DNA of 64,000 bases. Origin: Lepidodermella squamata (lineage: Eukaryota; Animalia; Gastrotricha). Below, piece by piece: positions 40,554 to 53,080 of this stretch (positions are counted from its first letter, which is position 1; every line of letters starts with the position of its first letter). The DNA lies in the NCBI GenBank assembly GCA_047495785.1, contig JBLDXI010000004.1, positions 2,356,001-2,420,000 on the forward strand. The letters run 5' to 3'. The notes beneath the pieces are model-generated. The model ran no database searches, was not told the DNA's origin, and saw nothing but the letters and a program-made list of their open reading frames with translations. The position numbers and the translations under genes were made by a program.

Positions 40554-43500
40554 TCCAGTAAAAAACCATGCTAGGACGTTAATTTGGTTCATTTAGGCAG
40601 CTTTGCGCTGAGCAAAAAGGTTTAATACGGTTCAAATCACTACCCCTTGAAATTCCCCTCCTAGCCATCTTGGAGGGGAACGTTTTTCGCCCCTCCCCAA
40701 TCTTCAATGATTGCGTGAACCGGAACGGTTTTAGCGGCGGCCGCCGCTACTTAATTATCATGTCTCGCGCACGCCGCTCTCGGCGTTATCAATGAGGAAA
40801 AATTGTATGCACTTGACCGCTTCTCCAAGTTAGTTAATAGGATATCCTCGGAAAAAAATATGAAAAATACCATCGTGTAGAGCATACCCGAAAACCTTAG
40901 GTGCAAAGATTTTTCAGAAAGATCGGCCTGACGGCTGATTTGTGGTGATTTTTTATTCATATATGCAAGTGAAGATTTCATGAATATTCATAAGCCCTGA
41001 CCTTCTTTAGCTGGGTCACCGCCGCCGGAATACTCATGACCTGGGTCACTGCTTTATTACGCGTGAGCTCGAAATTTTAATTTGAAATTTGATTTCTGAC
41101 CTCATTTGGGCACATGAAAAAATTCCTCACAAAATTTTCTATCGAACAGTCCTAACCCGGTATTTATCGGATTGATCGGTTGATAACAAAACGGTTGGCG
41201 ATTATTCAAACGTCGAAATTTCACAAAATTAGACTCTCAAAAACCAGGTATAAAATGTTAGACACGCGGGTAACACCCTTTCAGCTGCGGAATTTGTCGT
41301 GTTCAAAGTTTATTTCTAGCTACTCCGAAGGACGGCCGAATTTTTGGTACTAAAACCGCCGCGAGATTCGCTAATTTTTCTTTGACCGCAGCGTTTTGCG
41401 CACGACTGATTTTTAGTGAAAATAAAAATTTCAATTTTGCTGACTTTCGTGAAATATTTGGACACCTTACTCCGATGGCGTTCCAATTGGAACACGTAAA
41501 ATGTAGTAAATTATCCGCTGAATTTTTAGAGACTAGGCACGTCATCATAGGCTTCAAGGTTGTCGAAATATAAGAGGCGCGGCAAAACGCGTTTTTCAGC
41601 CTATTTTTAGCGTGCCGGCGGCGCGCACACAGTCACTCCGAGACGATTTCTGTCAAGTTTTAAACGCTTTTACCTGTTTTGTGCGCACAAATTGAATACA
41701 CTGTTCGATGTAGAATTTCAAGAAGAATCGAACGAGACTAGTCCCATAGTCGTAGCCATCGTAGTTTTGAAGCTATAATAGGCGCGGTTGATCCACCTTA
41801 AAATTTCGAATTGACATTCGGCTTTCACCATAAGATTGCCCATGAAATGTTGTAGTAGGAATAGTTATTATATTACGACGGGATGATTCGGTATGGTCGT
41901 GAGAAGCGTGACAAAAACATCGAAATTTCGAAATTTCCAATTTTTATGGTGGATCGAAACACGTTCTACCGCGCCTCATATACCTAGGCACAAAACTATG
42001 AGTGCTACGATGATGGGCGTAGTCTCGTTCGATTCCTCGCATTGTTCTGCACAGGATGGTTGCAATTAATCTTGCGCTCAAATATTGCATTCAGGTCAAA
42101 AATGCAAGTGAGAAAGCCTGACTGTGAGTGCGCGCACTAAAAATATGCAAAACCGCGCGGTTAATATCGTCATAAATACGGCAGCCACAAAAACCAACCT
42201 GGTCTCACAATTATTAGCTGACAATGCTCTACACGTTAGAATCATTAATATACCAGCGTAAGTTCGCTGAATGAAAAAATGAGAGTGCAAAGTTTGTCAA
42301 CAAATTGAAAAAAATTTGATTCCGAGGGTGTGGCGTCAAATGGGTGCGTCCTGTAAATGTGGGGTTTATACTTTTTATGAGGGCGCCTCCAATTACCTAT
42401 TTCTCATGAATATTCGTAAATGAATTTGCTGTTTAATAATACAGAGAATTGATGGAGCGAAATTTCAAAATTGACTGGCTTTGTTTTTTATCTCAAATTA
42501 TACCGCGTGGCCTTTTGGCAAAAAACTGTGACAGGTGTTGACATGCGGTTTTCACCCCTCGAAAGCCCGTCAAATTCTGTACTTGATATAGTTATTTTAA
42601 TACACCGGGCTATTCCTAATCGTCGTTAAACAATTCTCAAAAACGTCGAAATTTTCAAATTTTAAGGTGGATCGGCCGCGCCTACTATAGACAAAAAACT
42701 ATGATGCCTACGACCATGGGCCTAGTCTCATTCGATTCGTCTTGTAATTCTACGTCGGCGTAAGCAATGTCTATTAGCACACAACACTGCTGCATGTGCA
42801 CCGAAATTGACCGAAATTGACCCTGAGTGAGTGTGTGAGCGCCGCCGGCGCGCTAAAAATAGGCTGAAAAACGCCATTTACCGCGCCTCTTATTGCTCCG
42901 TAACCATGAGGGCTACGATGATGAGTCTGGTCTCTAAAAATTCAGTGGAAAATTTTCTACATTCTAGGTGCATTCACACACGAGCGCTGTCAGAGTGAGT
43001 GTCAAACAAATTGACGAAAGTCGACAAAATTGAAGCTTTAATTTTCACTAAAAATCAATCGCGCGCCAAACGCTCTAGTCAAAGGAAATGTTGCGAATCT
43101 CGCCGCGGTTTTGATACCAAAAAATCGGCCTTGTTTTCTAGTATCTAAAAATCCGACTTGTTCACGACAAATTCCGCACCTATATCTGGGGGTTACGCCC
43201 GCCCTGAAAATTTTACACACACACTTAGTGAGGGCCGAAGCAAAAACTATGAGGGCTACGACGATGGGCCTAGGCTCGTTCGATTCGTCTTGAAATTCTA
43301 CGTCGGCCTGTATTATTGCTATGTGCGCACAAAGCTGCTGCATGAGTTTTAAATTGGACAGAAATCAACTCACTGTGAGCATGTGTGCGCGGCCGGCGCG
43401 CTGAATATAGGCCGAAAAATGCGATTTACCGTGCCTTTCTTATTGTCTAACAACCATGAGGACAAAAATGACGCGATTGGTCTCTAAAAATTCTGCGGAA

Positions 43501-45005
43501 AATTTGCTACACTCTACATGAATTCAAATACAAGCGCTACCAGAGTGAGGTGTCAACAAAATTAACAAAAGTCGAAAAAATTTAAAATTTACCCGCGCGA
43601 TAAATAGCGCCGTGAATAAAAGGGCTACAACGACCAGCCTGGTCTCAAATTGGCCAGTCTACTATGCTCTAAGCGTTAGAATCAATAATATAACAGCGCG
43701 AATGAAGAAAATGATGAACATGAGAGTGCAAAGTTGGTCAACAAAATTAAACAAATTGACTTCGGCTTGGGCGTGGCATCAGATGGGTGTGTCTTGTGAA
43801 TGTGAGGCATGTACCATCAAGTAGGGCGCCTCGAATAACCTATGTCTCATGAAAATTCGTCACTGATGTCGCAGTAAAATATGACCCGTAAATATAAAAG
43901 CGAAATTTCGAAATTTACTTGCTTTGATTTTTATCTCACATTTTACCGCGAGGCTTATAGGCAAACAACCGTGATAGGTGTTGACATGCGGTTTTCACCG
44001 TTCGAAAGCCCGTCAAACTTTGACAGAAATAAACTAAGAGTGAGTGTGTGAGTGCCGCCGGCGCGCTAAAAATAGGTTAAAAACGCGATTTACCGCGCCT
44101 CTTATAGCTCCGCAACCATGAGGGCTACAATAACGCGGCCGGTCTCTAAAAATTCAGCGGAAAATTTGCTACACTCTACGTTCATTCAAACACGAGCGCT
44201 ACCAGGATGAGGTGTTAAAAGAATTGACGAAACTCGAAAAAAATGAAATTTAAATTTTCACTAAAAATCAATCGCGCGCTAAACGATATCGTCAAAGGAA
44301 ATCTTAAGAATCTTGCGGCGGTTTTGGTACCAAAAAATCGGCGGTCCTTCCTATTATCTGAAAATCCGACTGTGTAACGACAAATTCCGCACGTATCTGG
44401 GTGTCATACGCGCCCTGAAATGTTCACACACACTTAGTGAGGGCCACTTTTTCAAGTGCGCGCAACTTGTAAATTCAAGAGAAAATCAACCGTTTATCGC
44501 CTAGCGTCCAAATTTAGACTGTTCGATGCAGAATTTTTCGTAGAATGTCACTGATGCAGCCCTCCCCCAGGGAGGGCTGCCAAACTGGTTTTAAATTGAA
44601 ATTTTGAAGAGTCACTCAGCAACGACCCGGCTCTCGCGTGTGAGCTAATTAACCTCGGTCATGAGGGTGCCGGTAACCGTGACCCAGACGGCGGCGTAAG
44701 CAGCTCATGAATATTAATTAGCAGTTGGGTAGTTTTTTATGAATAAAAAATCGCCAAAAATTAACCGCCCGATGAAAACAGCTGGAAAGTTTTTATACAG
44801 AGGTTTAAAAAAAGATCTATCTACGACTTATTTTTCCATATTTTTATCGTGAAAATTCGTTCCCCTAGCTTCGTTTTTCGTCCAGCGCAAAACGCCTCTA
44901 CCATTGTCGCCTCGACCGGCGAAGTTGAGAGAGAGGCGCTGGACCTCCGGTTCAGGCTGCGGCTCCGCCGCTAGGGGAACCCTATCGGGTTGGTTCGCGC
45001 AATCA
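40554..45005. mobile_element. Modular element, copy 2 (~4.45 kb)
   Basis: Same left end and hairpin; right end GGGAACCCTATCGGGTTGGTTCGCGCAATCA; inserted at A|TCCAG inside the LINE ORF. Confidence 0.85.
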
Positions 45006-46894
45006 TCCAGAGGTAGACCTCGAACCAGATGGATCAACGGAGTGCATAGAAGCCTTATTAAAGTAGGTCTTACTAAGGAAATTCGCCGGAAAAAGAAAAC
45101 CAATAAGGAAAATAAGGTCAAGGATAAGAAAAATAAAACCGCTAAGAAACGAGAAAATAGAAAAAATCCCGGCGAAAAGGATTTTGAGATCAAAATTATT
45201 CCCGATGTCCAACTAGCGGAATCGGTTTCTTTCGAAAAAGATGAATGGCGCATGGTTGTAAACTCGATTGAAAATTACGAATTCTATACAAAAAGCAGAA
45301 TCCTCGACTGTGGGGGTGGGTGAGGATCATTCTTCGCCTGCCTTCGCCCTCTTCAAAACCGGAAACGGTACACGACGCTCAGTCTCGAAGAGGCAAAATA
45401 AAACTATTATTATTATTATTATGAAATGAATTATCTGTAACCAATCGAAATAAGGCTTTGAGTTCAGAAGACATTTTTTCCTTCGACCATTTCTTTTGGT
45501 GATAACAAGGAAAAAAACGGCAACCCAAGGCGATGCACAGCTATGGCCAGGTAATTGCGCCAAAATTGCCCCATGGAAAAATCATATATGGGGGCGAATT
45601 GGTCATTTGGTTTAATTAGTCTATTTTATTATTACAACCTTTTTTTGAGACCTCCGCATAGAGCCAGTCCTCCGATTTTTTTTCGTGACTCAACAGTGTC
45701 TGCCACTGGGAAAAAATTGCGAAAAAGTGTACGCCAATCTGGAAATTTTTCGTTTTTTTCGCTAAGCTGCGAAGCTGTACATTGCTTCGAAGTTCGAAAA
45801 TTCGCGAAACTAGTAAATATGCGATTGAAAAATCACAGATGCTATTTTTCCTAAGCCTGATGTCTTCAGTGCTTTTCTAGGGGAGTAAGGAGTAAGGTCT
45901 CTTATATTGTCTTTCATAAAATCAGGGGAAAAATAGGAGTTGGATGCGAGCGAAGCGAGCCGATTTTTCGGCCATACGCCTCTGTAAATGCGAAAAATGG
46001 GCATCTCGAAGCTGCTTTTTTCTCTAAACAGGAACGAATTTTAGGTATATTTCCAACTTCCTTCCGGACAGAGATTCCAGATTCCAGATCATTGAAAATT
46101 GGGTCTAATGAGAATGGGAACTGTTGGCTTAAGAGAATGGAAAATAAAAGGAAAATGGATATCAGCGAGCGAAGCGAGCAAAATTTTCGATAGAAAAGCT
46201 CGAAAATTGCGAATTTGTAACTCGAGAAATCCTCAATCCTGGCTGGCTTCTTAAGGTCTTGAAAGTGTACGCCGATTAACTATACCCCTACCCATTTTCT
46301 CAACGGTTTTAATAAGGAATATTTTTTTGTGTCTGCCACTGAGCGTGGTCCAGTGGGCAAAAATCGGAACACTGCATAGAGCCAGCCTTATGTCTATGTT
46401 TGGAATGTAGTCCACCTACTATTGATCGGAGCCAACGATATTCTATAGTGTTTAATCAGTTTTCTTGGGCTACCGATATGTTCCATGATTCGCTCGCGTA
46501 AATGATGGTAGGTGGTAGGTATTAAGCTACCCAATCCGCCCCAAGCCCCAAAACACCTGCCCAATTTCCCCCATACCTGGGGCGAATTGGGATACATGAA
46601 TTTTTGCAATCAGGACCCTTGGAAACCTGTAAATATGCATTTTTTCACTGCCTAACTTGCAACTTCAAACGATTAAAGGTAATTTCGTACCCGTATTTTC
46701 GTAACACAGTCATTTCGTAACAAAGTAGTGATTTTTCATAACAATTTCAGTGACTAGCCGCTTTTACACTACACCATTCGAATGGTAAACGATGGTAAAT
46801 GATGGTAATTACTCGATTGTTATATAACAGTGATTAGCTTGCTTTTATTTGATTTTAACGTTTTTTATCGCTGCTATGAGAGAACTAAAAAGAA

Positions 46895-49800
46895 TCCAGT
46901 AAAAAACCATGCTAGGACGTTAATTTGGTTCATTTGGCAGCTTTGCGCTGAGCAAAAAAGTTTAATACGGTTCAAATCACTACCCCTTGAAATTCCCCTC
47001 CTAGCCATCTTGGAGGGGAACATTTTTCGCCCCTCCCCAATCTTCAATGATTGCGTGAACCGGAACGGTTTTAACGGCGGCTAATTATCATGTCTCGCGC
47101 ACGCCGCTCTCGGCGTTATCAATGAGGAAAAATGGTATGCACTTGACCGCTTCTCCAAGTTAGTTAATAGGATATCCTCGGAAAAAATATGAAAAATACC
47201 ATCGTGTAGAGCATACCCGAAAACCTTAAGTGCAAAGATTTTTCAGAAAGATCGGCCTGACGGCTAATTTGTGGCGATTTTTTATTCATGTATGCAAGTG
47301 AATATTTCATGAATATTCATAAGCCCTGACCTTCTTTAGCTGGGTCACCGCCGCCGGCATACTCATGACCTGGGTCACGGCTTTATTACGCGTGAGCTCG
47401 AAATTTTAATTTGAAATTTGATTAATTTAATTTAATTTCTGACCTCATTTGGGCACATGAAAAAATTCCTCACAAAATGTTCTATCGAACAGTCCAAACC
47501 CGGTATTTATCGGAGTGATCGGTTGATAACAAAACGGTTGACGATTATTCAAACGTCGAAATTTCACAAAATTAGACTCTCAAAAACCAGGTATAAAATG
47601 TTAGACACGCGGGTAACACCCTTTCAGCTGCGGAATTTGTAGTGTACAAAGTTGATTTCTTGCTACTCCGAAGGACGGCCGATTTTTGGTATTAAAACCG
47701 CCGCGAGATTCGCTAGTTTTCTTTTGACCGCAGAGTTTTGCGCACGATTGATTTTTAGTGAAAATAAAAATTTTCTAGTCCCATTGTCGTAGCCATCGTA
47801 GTTTTGAAGCTATAATAGGCGCGGTGGATCCACCTTAAAATTTCGAAATTTCGAGGTTTTTTTTACTTTTTTTACGACGATTTGGAAGAATTTCGGCTTT
47901 ATATAATACGCGTGTCTAGTGCAAAATTTGTCGGGCTTTCGAATGGTGAAAACCGCATGTCAATAACTTTTACAGCGTTCCCAGCCAGTGATCCGCGCGG
48001 TATAAACTGAGATAAAAAGCATCCAAATTATCTTTTGAAATTTCAAATAATTGATTCTGGAAGATTATTAGCTGCGACAGCAGTGACAAACATAAATGAG
48101 GAGTAGGTAACATCCTCTTTAATTTTTTAAGGTCACGCGCAAAACTTGGGATGGGCATTTTTTAAGGGTGCGTACTCTCACTATTAGCATTGTCACTTCG
48201 AATTTCGACCAATATGCCATCCTTGTGCACGAGATCGATGGCTCCAATCCTATACAGAAAAATCCTATACAGAACGACTAAGCACGACCTGCTAGCTATC
48301 ATATCGTTAGCGTCGTTGAATAACTCGGATTTTGGCTTGTTTACATCCATTTCGATTTGATAGGTGACAAGTAAAAAAGGCACCTTTTGTTTTGTCCTCT
48401 TTAAAGATAAAAAAGCCGCACTTTACTTGTCACCCGTGACCTTGAAACGGATGTAAACAAGCCTAAATCCGAGTTATTCAACGACGCTAACGATATTAGT
48501 AGCGAAGTTATTTCGGTCACAAAAGTCCGAAAAAATCGAGATTACTCAAATTTCAAAAAAATATTCCGGAATACTACAAGCGCTCTCTCTCTCATCTCAC
48601 AAGACGGTTTTTTTTTTAAATTTTCTTGAAGTTGGTCACTTTTACGAAATATCGCCATTTTAAGAGTCTTTCAGGGCGGTAAACTTATTGAGGAAAAATG
48701 TTGAAAATTTCAGGAAAATCATTTTATCCACGATCAGAATTTTCTCTATCCGGCGATATAAAACTTGTCCAATAAATATTTTTTACCGATTTTCCGATTT
48801 TTTCATCCTGGTAAAATTCTCATGTTGTTAGATCTCCTTCAACTAACATACACGTTCTACCGCGCCTCATATAGGCACAAAACTATGGGTGCTACGACGA
48901 TGGGCGTAGTCTCTTTCTATTCCTCGCATTGTTCTGCACATGATGGTTGAAATTAATCTTGCGCACAGATATTGCGTACAGGTAAAAAAAAGCAAGTGAG
49001 TGCGCGCACTGAAAATATGGCTATCCAAGTTTTACCGCGCGATGAATATCGTCATAAATACGGCGGCCACAGAGACCAGCCTGGTCTCAAAATTGTTAGC
49101 TGACAATGCTCTACGCGTTAGAATCATTCATTTACCAGCGTAAGTTCGCTGAATGAAAAAATGAGAGTGCAAAGTTTGTCAACAAAATTTAAAAAATTTG
49201 ACTTTGACAAGGGGTGCGGTGTCAAAAGGGTGCACCCTGTGAATGTGGGGCTTATACCATTTTAAAGGGCGGCTCGAGTTACCTAGTTTTCATCAAAATT
49301 CGTCGCTGATTACCCGGAATAAAAGAAACGAAATTTCAAAATTTACGTGCTCTGTTTTTTATCTAATAATATACCGCGTGGCCTATTGGCAAAGAACTAT
49401 GATAGGTGTTGACATGCGGTTCTCGCCGCTCGAAAGCCCGTCGAATTCTGTACTAGAAATGTTTGTTTTGTTAAACCGGGACTATTCCTAATCGTCGTGA
49501 AATGATTCTCAAAAACGTCGAAATTTCGAAATTTTGGATCGGCCGCGCCTCCTATAGACAAAAAACTATGAGGGCTACGACGATGGGCCTAGTGTCGTTC
49601 GATTCGTCTTGAAATTCTACGTCGGCCTATATAATGTCTATGTGCGCACAAAACTGCTACGCGTGTCGAAAATTTAACAGAAAACGGCTCTGAGTGAGTG
49701 TGTGAGCGCCGCCGCGCACTGAAAAATTGGTTGAAAACGCGATTTGCCGCGCCTTCTATTGCTCGACAACCATAAGCGCTACGATTATGCGGTTGGGCTC

Positions 49801-52800
49801 TAAAAATTCAGCGCAAAATTTGCTACATTCTAGGCGTATTCAAACATGAGCGCTACCAGGGTGAGATGTCAAAACAATTGGCGAAACTCTAAAAAATATA
49901 TAATTTGATTTTCAGTAAAAATAAATCGCGCGCAAACTGCTTTAGTCGAAGGAAATATTGCGAATCTCGCAGCGGTTTTGGTACCAACAAATCGGCCATC
50001 TTTTCTACTATCTAAAAAACCGACTTTGTCAAGACAGATTCCACACCTATCAGGGTGTCACACGCGCCCTGAAAATTTCACACACCGGGTATAACGACCA
50101 GCCTGGTCTCAAAATGGCCAGCGGACTTTGCTCTAAGCGTTGGCATCATAAATGTATTAGCTCGAACCAGCCATACCACTGAAATGAGAGTGTAAAGTAA
50201 GTTGAAAATTTAAACAAATTTGACTTTGTCAAGGGCGGTTCGTCAAATGGGTGTGCCCTGTGAACATAATATGGCGTCTACCATTCAATAGAGCGTCTCA
50301 AGTTACCTCTATCTCATGATTATTCGTCACTGAAGTTGCGGGTAAATATGACCTGGATTTGTAGAAGCGAAATTTCGAGATTTACCAATTGTGATTGAAC
50401 ACGGGCGTCACCGGCAGCACATTTGATGTCGAAAATCCGTTTTTGTTCAATTTTAGTGCCAAAATTTGAATATTTTGACAAATAACAGCTCCAGGATATA
50501 GCAAATAACTCAAGCTATCAAATAACATGAGATACATATACCGTAAATTCCGAAATACAAGCCCAGGCGGCACTCTTTGTCGGCACTTTGATGTTCTTTG
50601 TATTGCCGCCAGGGCTTGTATTTGAACATTTACGGTATTTGAAACTTGTTTGCCCGTTGGCGCGGCCCTGCTCAAAATTTGACCCTGGCAAAGGGTGTGC
50701 TGTCGAATAGGTGCGCCTCGTGAAAGTGTACCGTTCGATAGAGCGCATCGAGTTACCTATTTCTCATGAAAATTCGCAACTGAACATGCTGTTAAAAAAG
50801 ACCCAGAATCGGGCAAGCGAAATTTCAAAATATGCTTAGTTTGTTTTTATCTCAAATTTTACCGCGTGGGCTACGAGCAAAAAACGGTAGCTGATATTGA
50901 CTTGCGGTTTTCACTGTAGGATAGCCCGTTAAATGTTGCACTAGCAATGGAAATTAAATAACGCCCGGACGCTTCCGTATTGTCGCGAAAAAATTCACAA
51001 AAAATCGAAATTTCGAAATTTTCCAGTTTTAAGGTGGATCGAAGCAAGATTTACCGCGGCGCTTATACGCAAAAAAAAACATAAGGGCTACGACGATGGG
51101 CCTAGGCTCGTTCGATTCGTCTTGAACTTTTACGTCGGACTGAATGATTTGTATGTGCGCACAAAGCTGCTGCATGTGTTTTAAATTTGACAGATATCAA
51201 CTCACTGTGAGCGCGTGAGTGCGGCCGGCACGCTAAAAATAGGTTGAAAAACGCGATTTGCCGCGCCTCTTATAGTGCAACAACCATGAGGGCTACAATG
51301 ACGCGGCTGGTCTCTAAAAATTCTGCGCAAAATTTGCTACAATCTAGGTGCAATTAAACCTGAGCGCTACCCGGGTGAGGTGTCAAATAAATTGACGATA
51401 GCCGAAAAAATTGATATTTTACCGCGCGATAAATAAGTAGCTCCATAAATAAAAGGGCTAAAACGACCAGCCTGGTCTTAAATTGGCCAGCCTACTATGC
51501 TCTAAGCGTTAGAATCATTTATATGACAGCGCGAATGAAGAAAATTAGGAACATGAGAGTGCAAAGTTGGTCAACAAAATATAAAAAATTGACTTTGGCT
51601 TGGGCGTGGCATCAAATGGGTGTGTCTTATGACTGTGAGGCATGTACCGTCAAGTAGAACGCCCCGAATAACTTATGTCTCATGAAAATTCGTCAATGAA
51701 GTCGCAGTGAAATATGACCCGTAAATATAAAAGCGAAATTTCAAAATGTACTTGCTTTGATTTTTATCTCACATTTTACCGCGAGGCTTATAGGCAACCA
51801 ACCGTGATAGGTGGTGACATGCGGTTTTCACCGTTCGAAAGCCCGTCAATTTTTGTACTAGAAATGGTTGCATTATTACACAGGGACTCTTCCAAACTGT
51901 CGCGAAAAAATTCACAAAAACAACGAAATTTCGAAATTTCGGAATTTTAAGGTGGATAGACCGCGCCTTCTATAGAGAAATAACTGTGAGTGCTACGGCG
52001 ATGGGCGTGGTCTCGTTCGATTCGTCTTGAAATTTTACGTCGGACTGAATTATTTGTATGTGCGCACAAGACTACTGCACGTGCTTAATATTTGACCGAA
52101 ATCGACCCTGAGTGTGTGTGTGTGAGCGCCGCCGGCGCGCTAAAAATAGGCTGAAAACGTGATTTGCCGCGCCTCTTATAGTGCAACAACCATGAGGGCT
52201 ACAATGACGCGGCTGGTCTCTAAAAATTCTGCGCAAAATTTGCTACAATCTAGGTGCAATTAAACCTGAGCGCTACCCGGGTGAGGTGTCAAATAAATTG
52301 ACGAAACTCGAAAAAATTGAAATTTTAATTTTCACTAAAAATCAAACGCGCGCCAAACGCTATAGTCAAGGGAAATCTTGCGAATCTCGCGGCGGTTTTG
52401 GTACCAAAAATTTGGCCGTCCTTCCTAGTATCTAAAAATCCGACTTTGTCACGACAAATTATGCACCCATCTGGGTGTCACACGCGCCTTGAAAATTTCA
52501 CACACAGTGAGTGAGCGCCACTTTTTCATGTACGCGCAACTTGTAAATTCGATAGAAAATCAACCGTTTATCGCCTATCAACAAAATTTAGACTGTTCGA
52601 TGCAGAATTTTTAGCAGAATGTCGCTGATGCAGCCCTCCCCCCAGGGAGGGCCGCCAAACTGGTTTTATATTAAAATTTCGAAGAGGCGCATCGCAACGA
52701 CCCCGCGCTCGCTTGTGAGGTAATTAACCTCGGTCATGAGGGTGCCGGTAACCGTGACCCAGACGGCGGCGTAAGCAGCTCATGAATATTAATGAGCAGT

Positions 52801-53080
52801 TGGGTAATTTTTTATGAATAAAAATTCGCCAAAAATTAACCGCCCGATGAAAACAGCTGGAAAGTTTTTATACAGAGGTTTAAAAAAAGATCTATCTACG
52901 ACTTATTTTTCCGTATTTTTATCGTGAAAATTCGTTCCCCTAGCTTCGTTTTTCGTCCAGCGCAAAACGCCTCTACCATTGTCGCCTCGACCGGCGAAGT
53001 TGAGAGAGAGGCGCTGGACCTCCGGTTCAGGCTGCGGCTCCGCCGCTAGGGGAACCCTATCGGGTTGGTTCGCGCAATCA
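46895..53080. mobile_element. Modular element, copy 3 (~6.2 kb)
   Basis: First ~870 bp nearly identical to copy 2; same right end; inserted between A and T. Confidence 0.85.
48301..48496. repeat. ~195-bp foldback (MITE-like) inside copy 3
   Basis: ATATCGTTAGCGTCGTTGAATAACTCGGATTT.GGCTTGTTTACATCC..GTGACAAGTAAA and its reverse complement. Confidence 0.75.

Larger units (their letters stand above)
28734..45419 (+). mobile_element. 5'-truncated RTE-clade-like LINE, interrupted twice
   Basis: RT motifs GLRQGCPLSP, LAFADD, GLKINAAKT, FKYLGS. ORF pieces 28741-29528 + 40463-40553 + 45006-45323 join in frame (..RLRYLGHIIR..FASRGRPRTRW..EWRMVV). (TAT)n tail at ~45404-45420. TSD TATGAAATGAAT at 28722-28733 and 45420-45431. 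Confidence 0.92.

Noticed and set aside
44828-45323. ORFs 44904-45323 (+) and 44828-45253 (-) as host genes
   Set aside because: They are chimeras of the element end and the LINE C-terminus, or its antisense.
29969-51950. Recurrent short ORFs (..FYRxAYxQKTxxGxDMRFSPxESPS..) as a peptide gene family
   Set aside because: They are translations of the repeat monomers, with frameshifts and stops varying between copies and no splice or codon signal.
31500-52600. CRISPR-like array or RT-associated repeat/spacer system next to the RT ORF
   Set aside because: The sequence between the conserved cores is itself repeated rather than unique spacers. No cas genes are present and the context is eukaryotic. 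The RT is an ordinary truncated LINE that was the insertion target.
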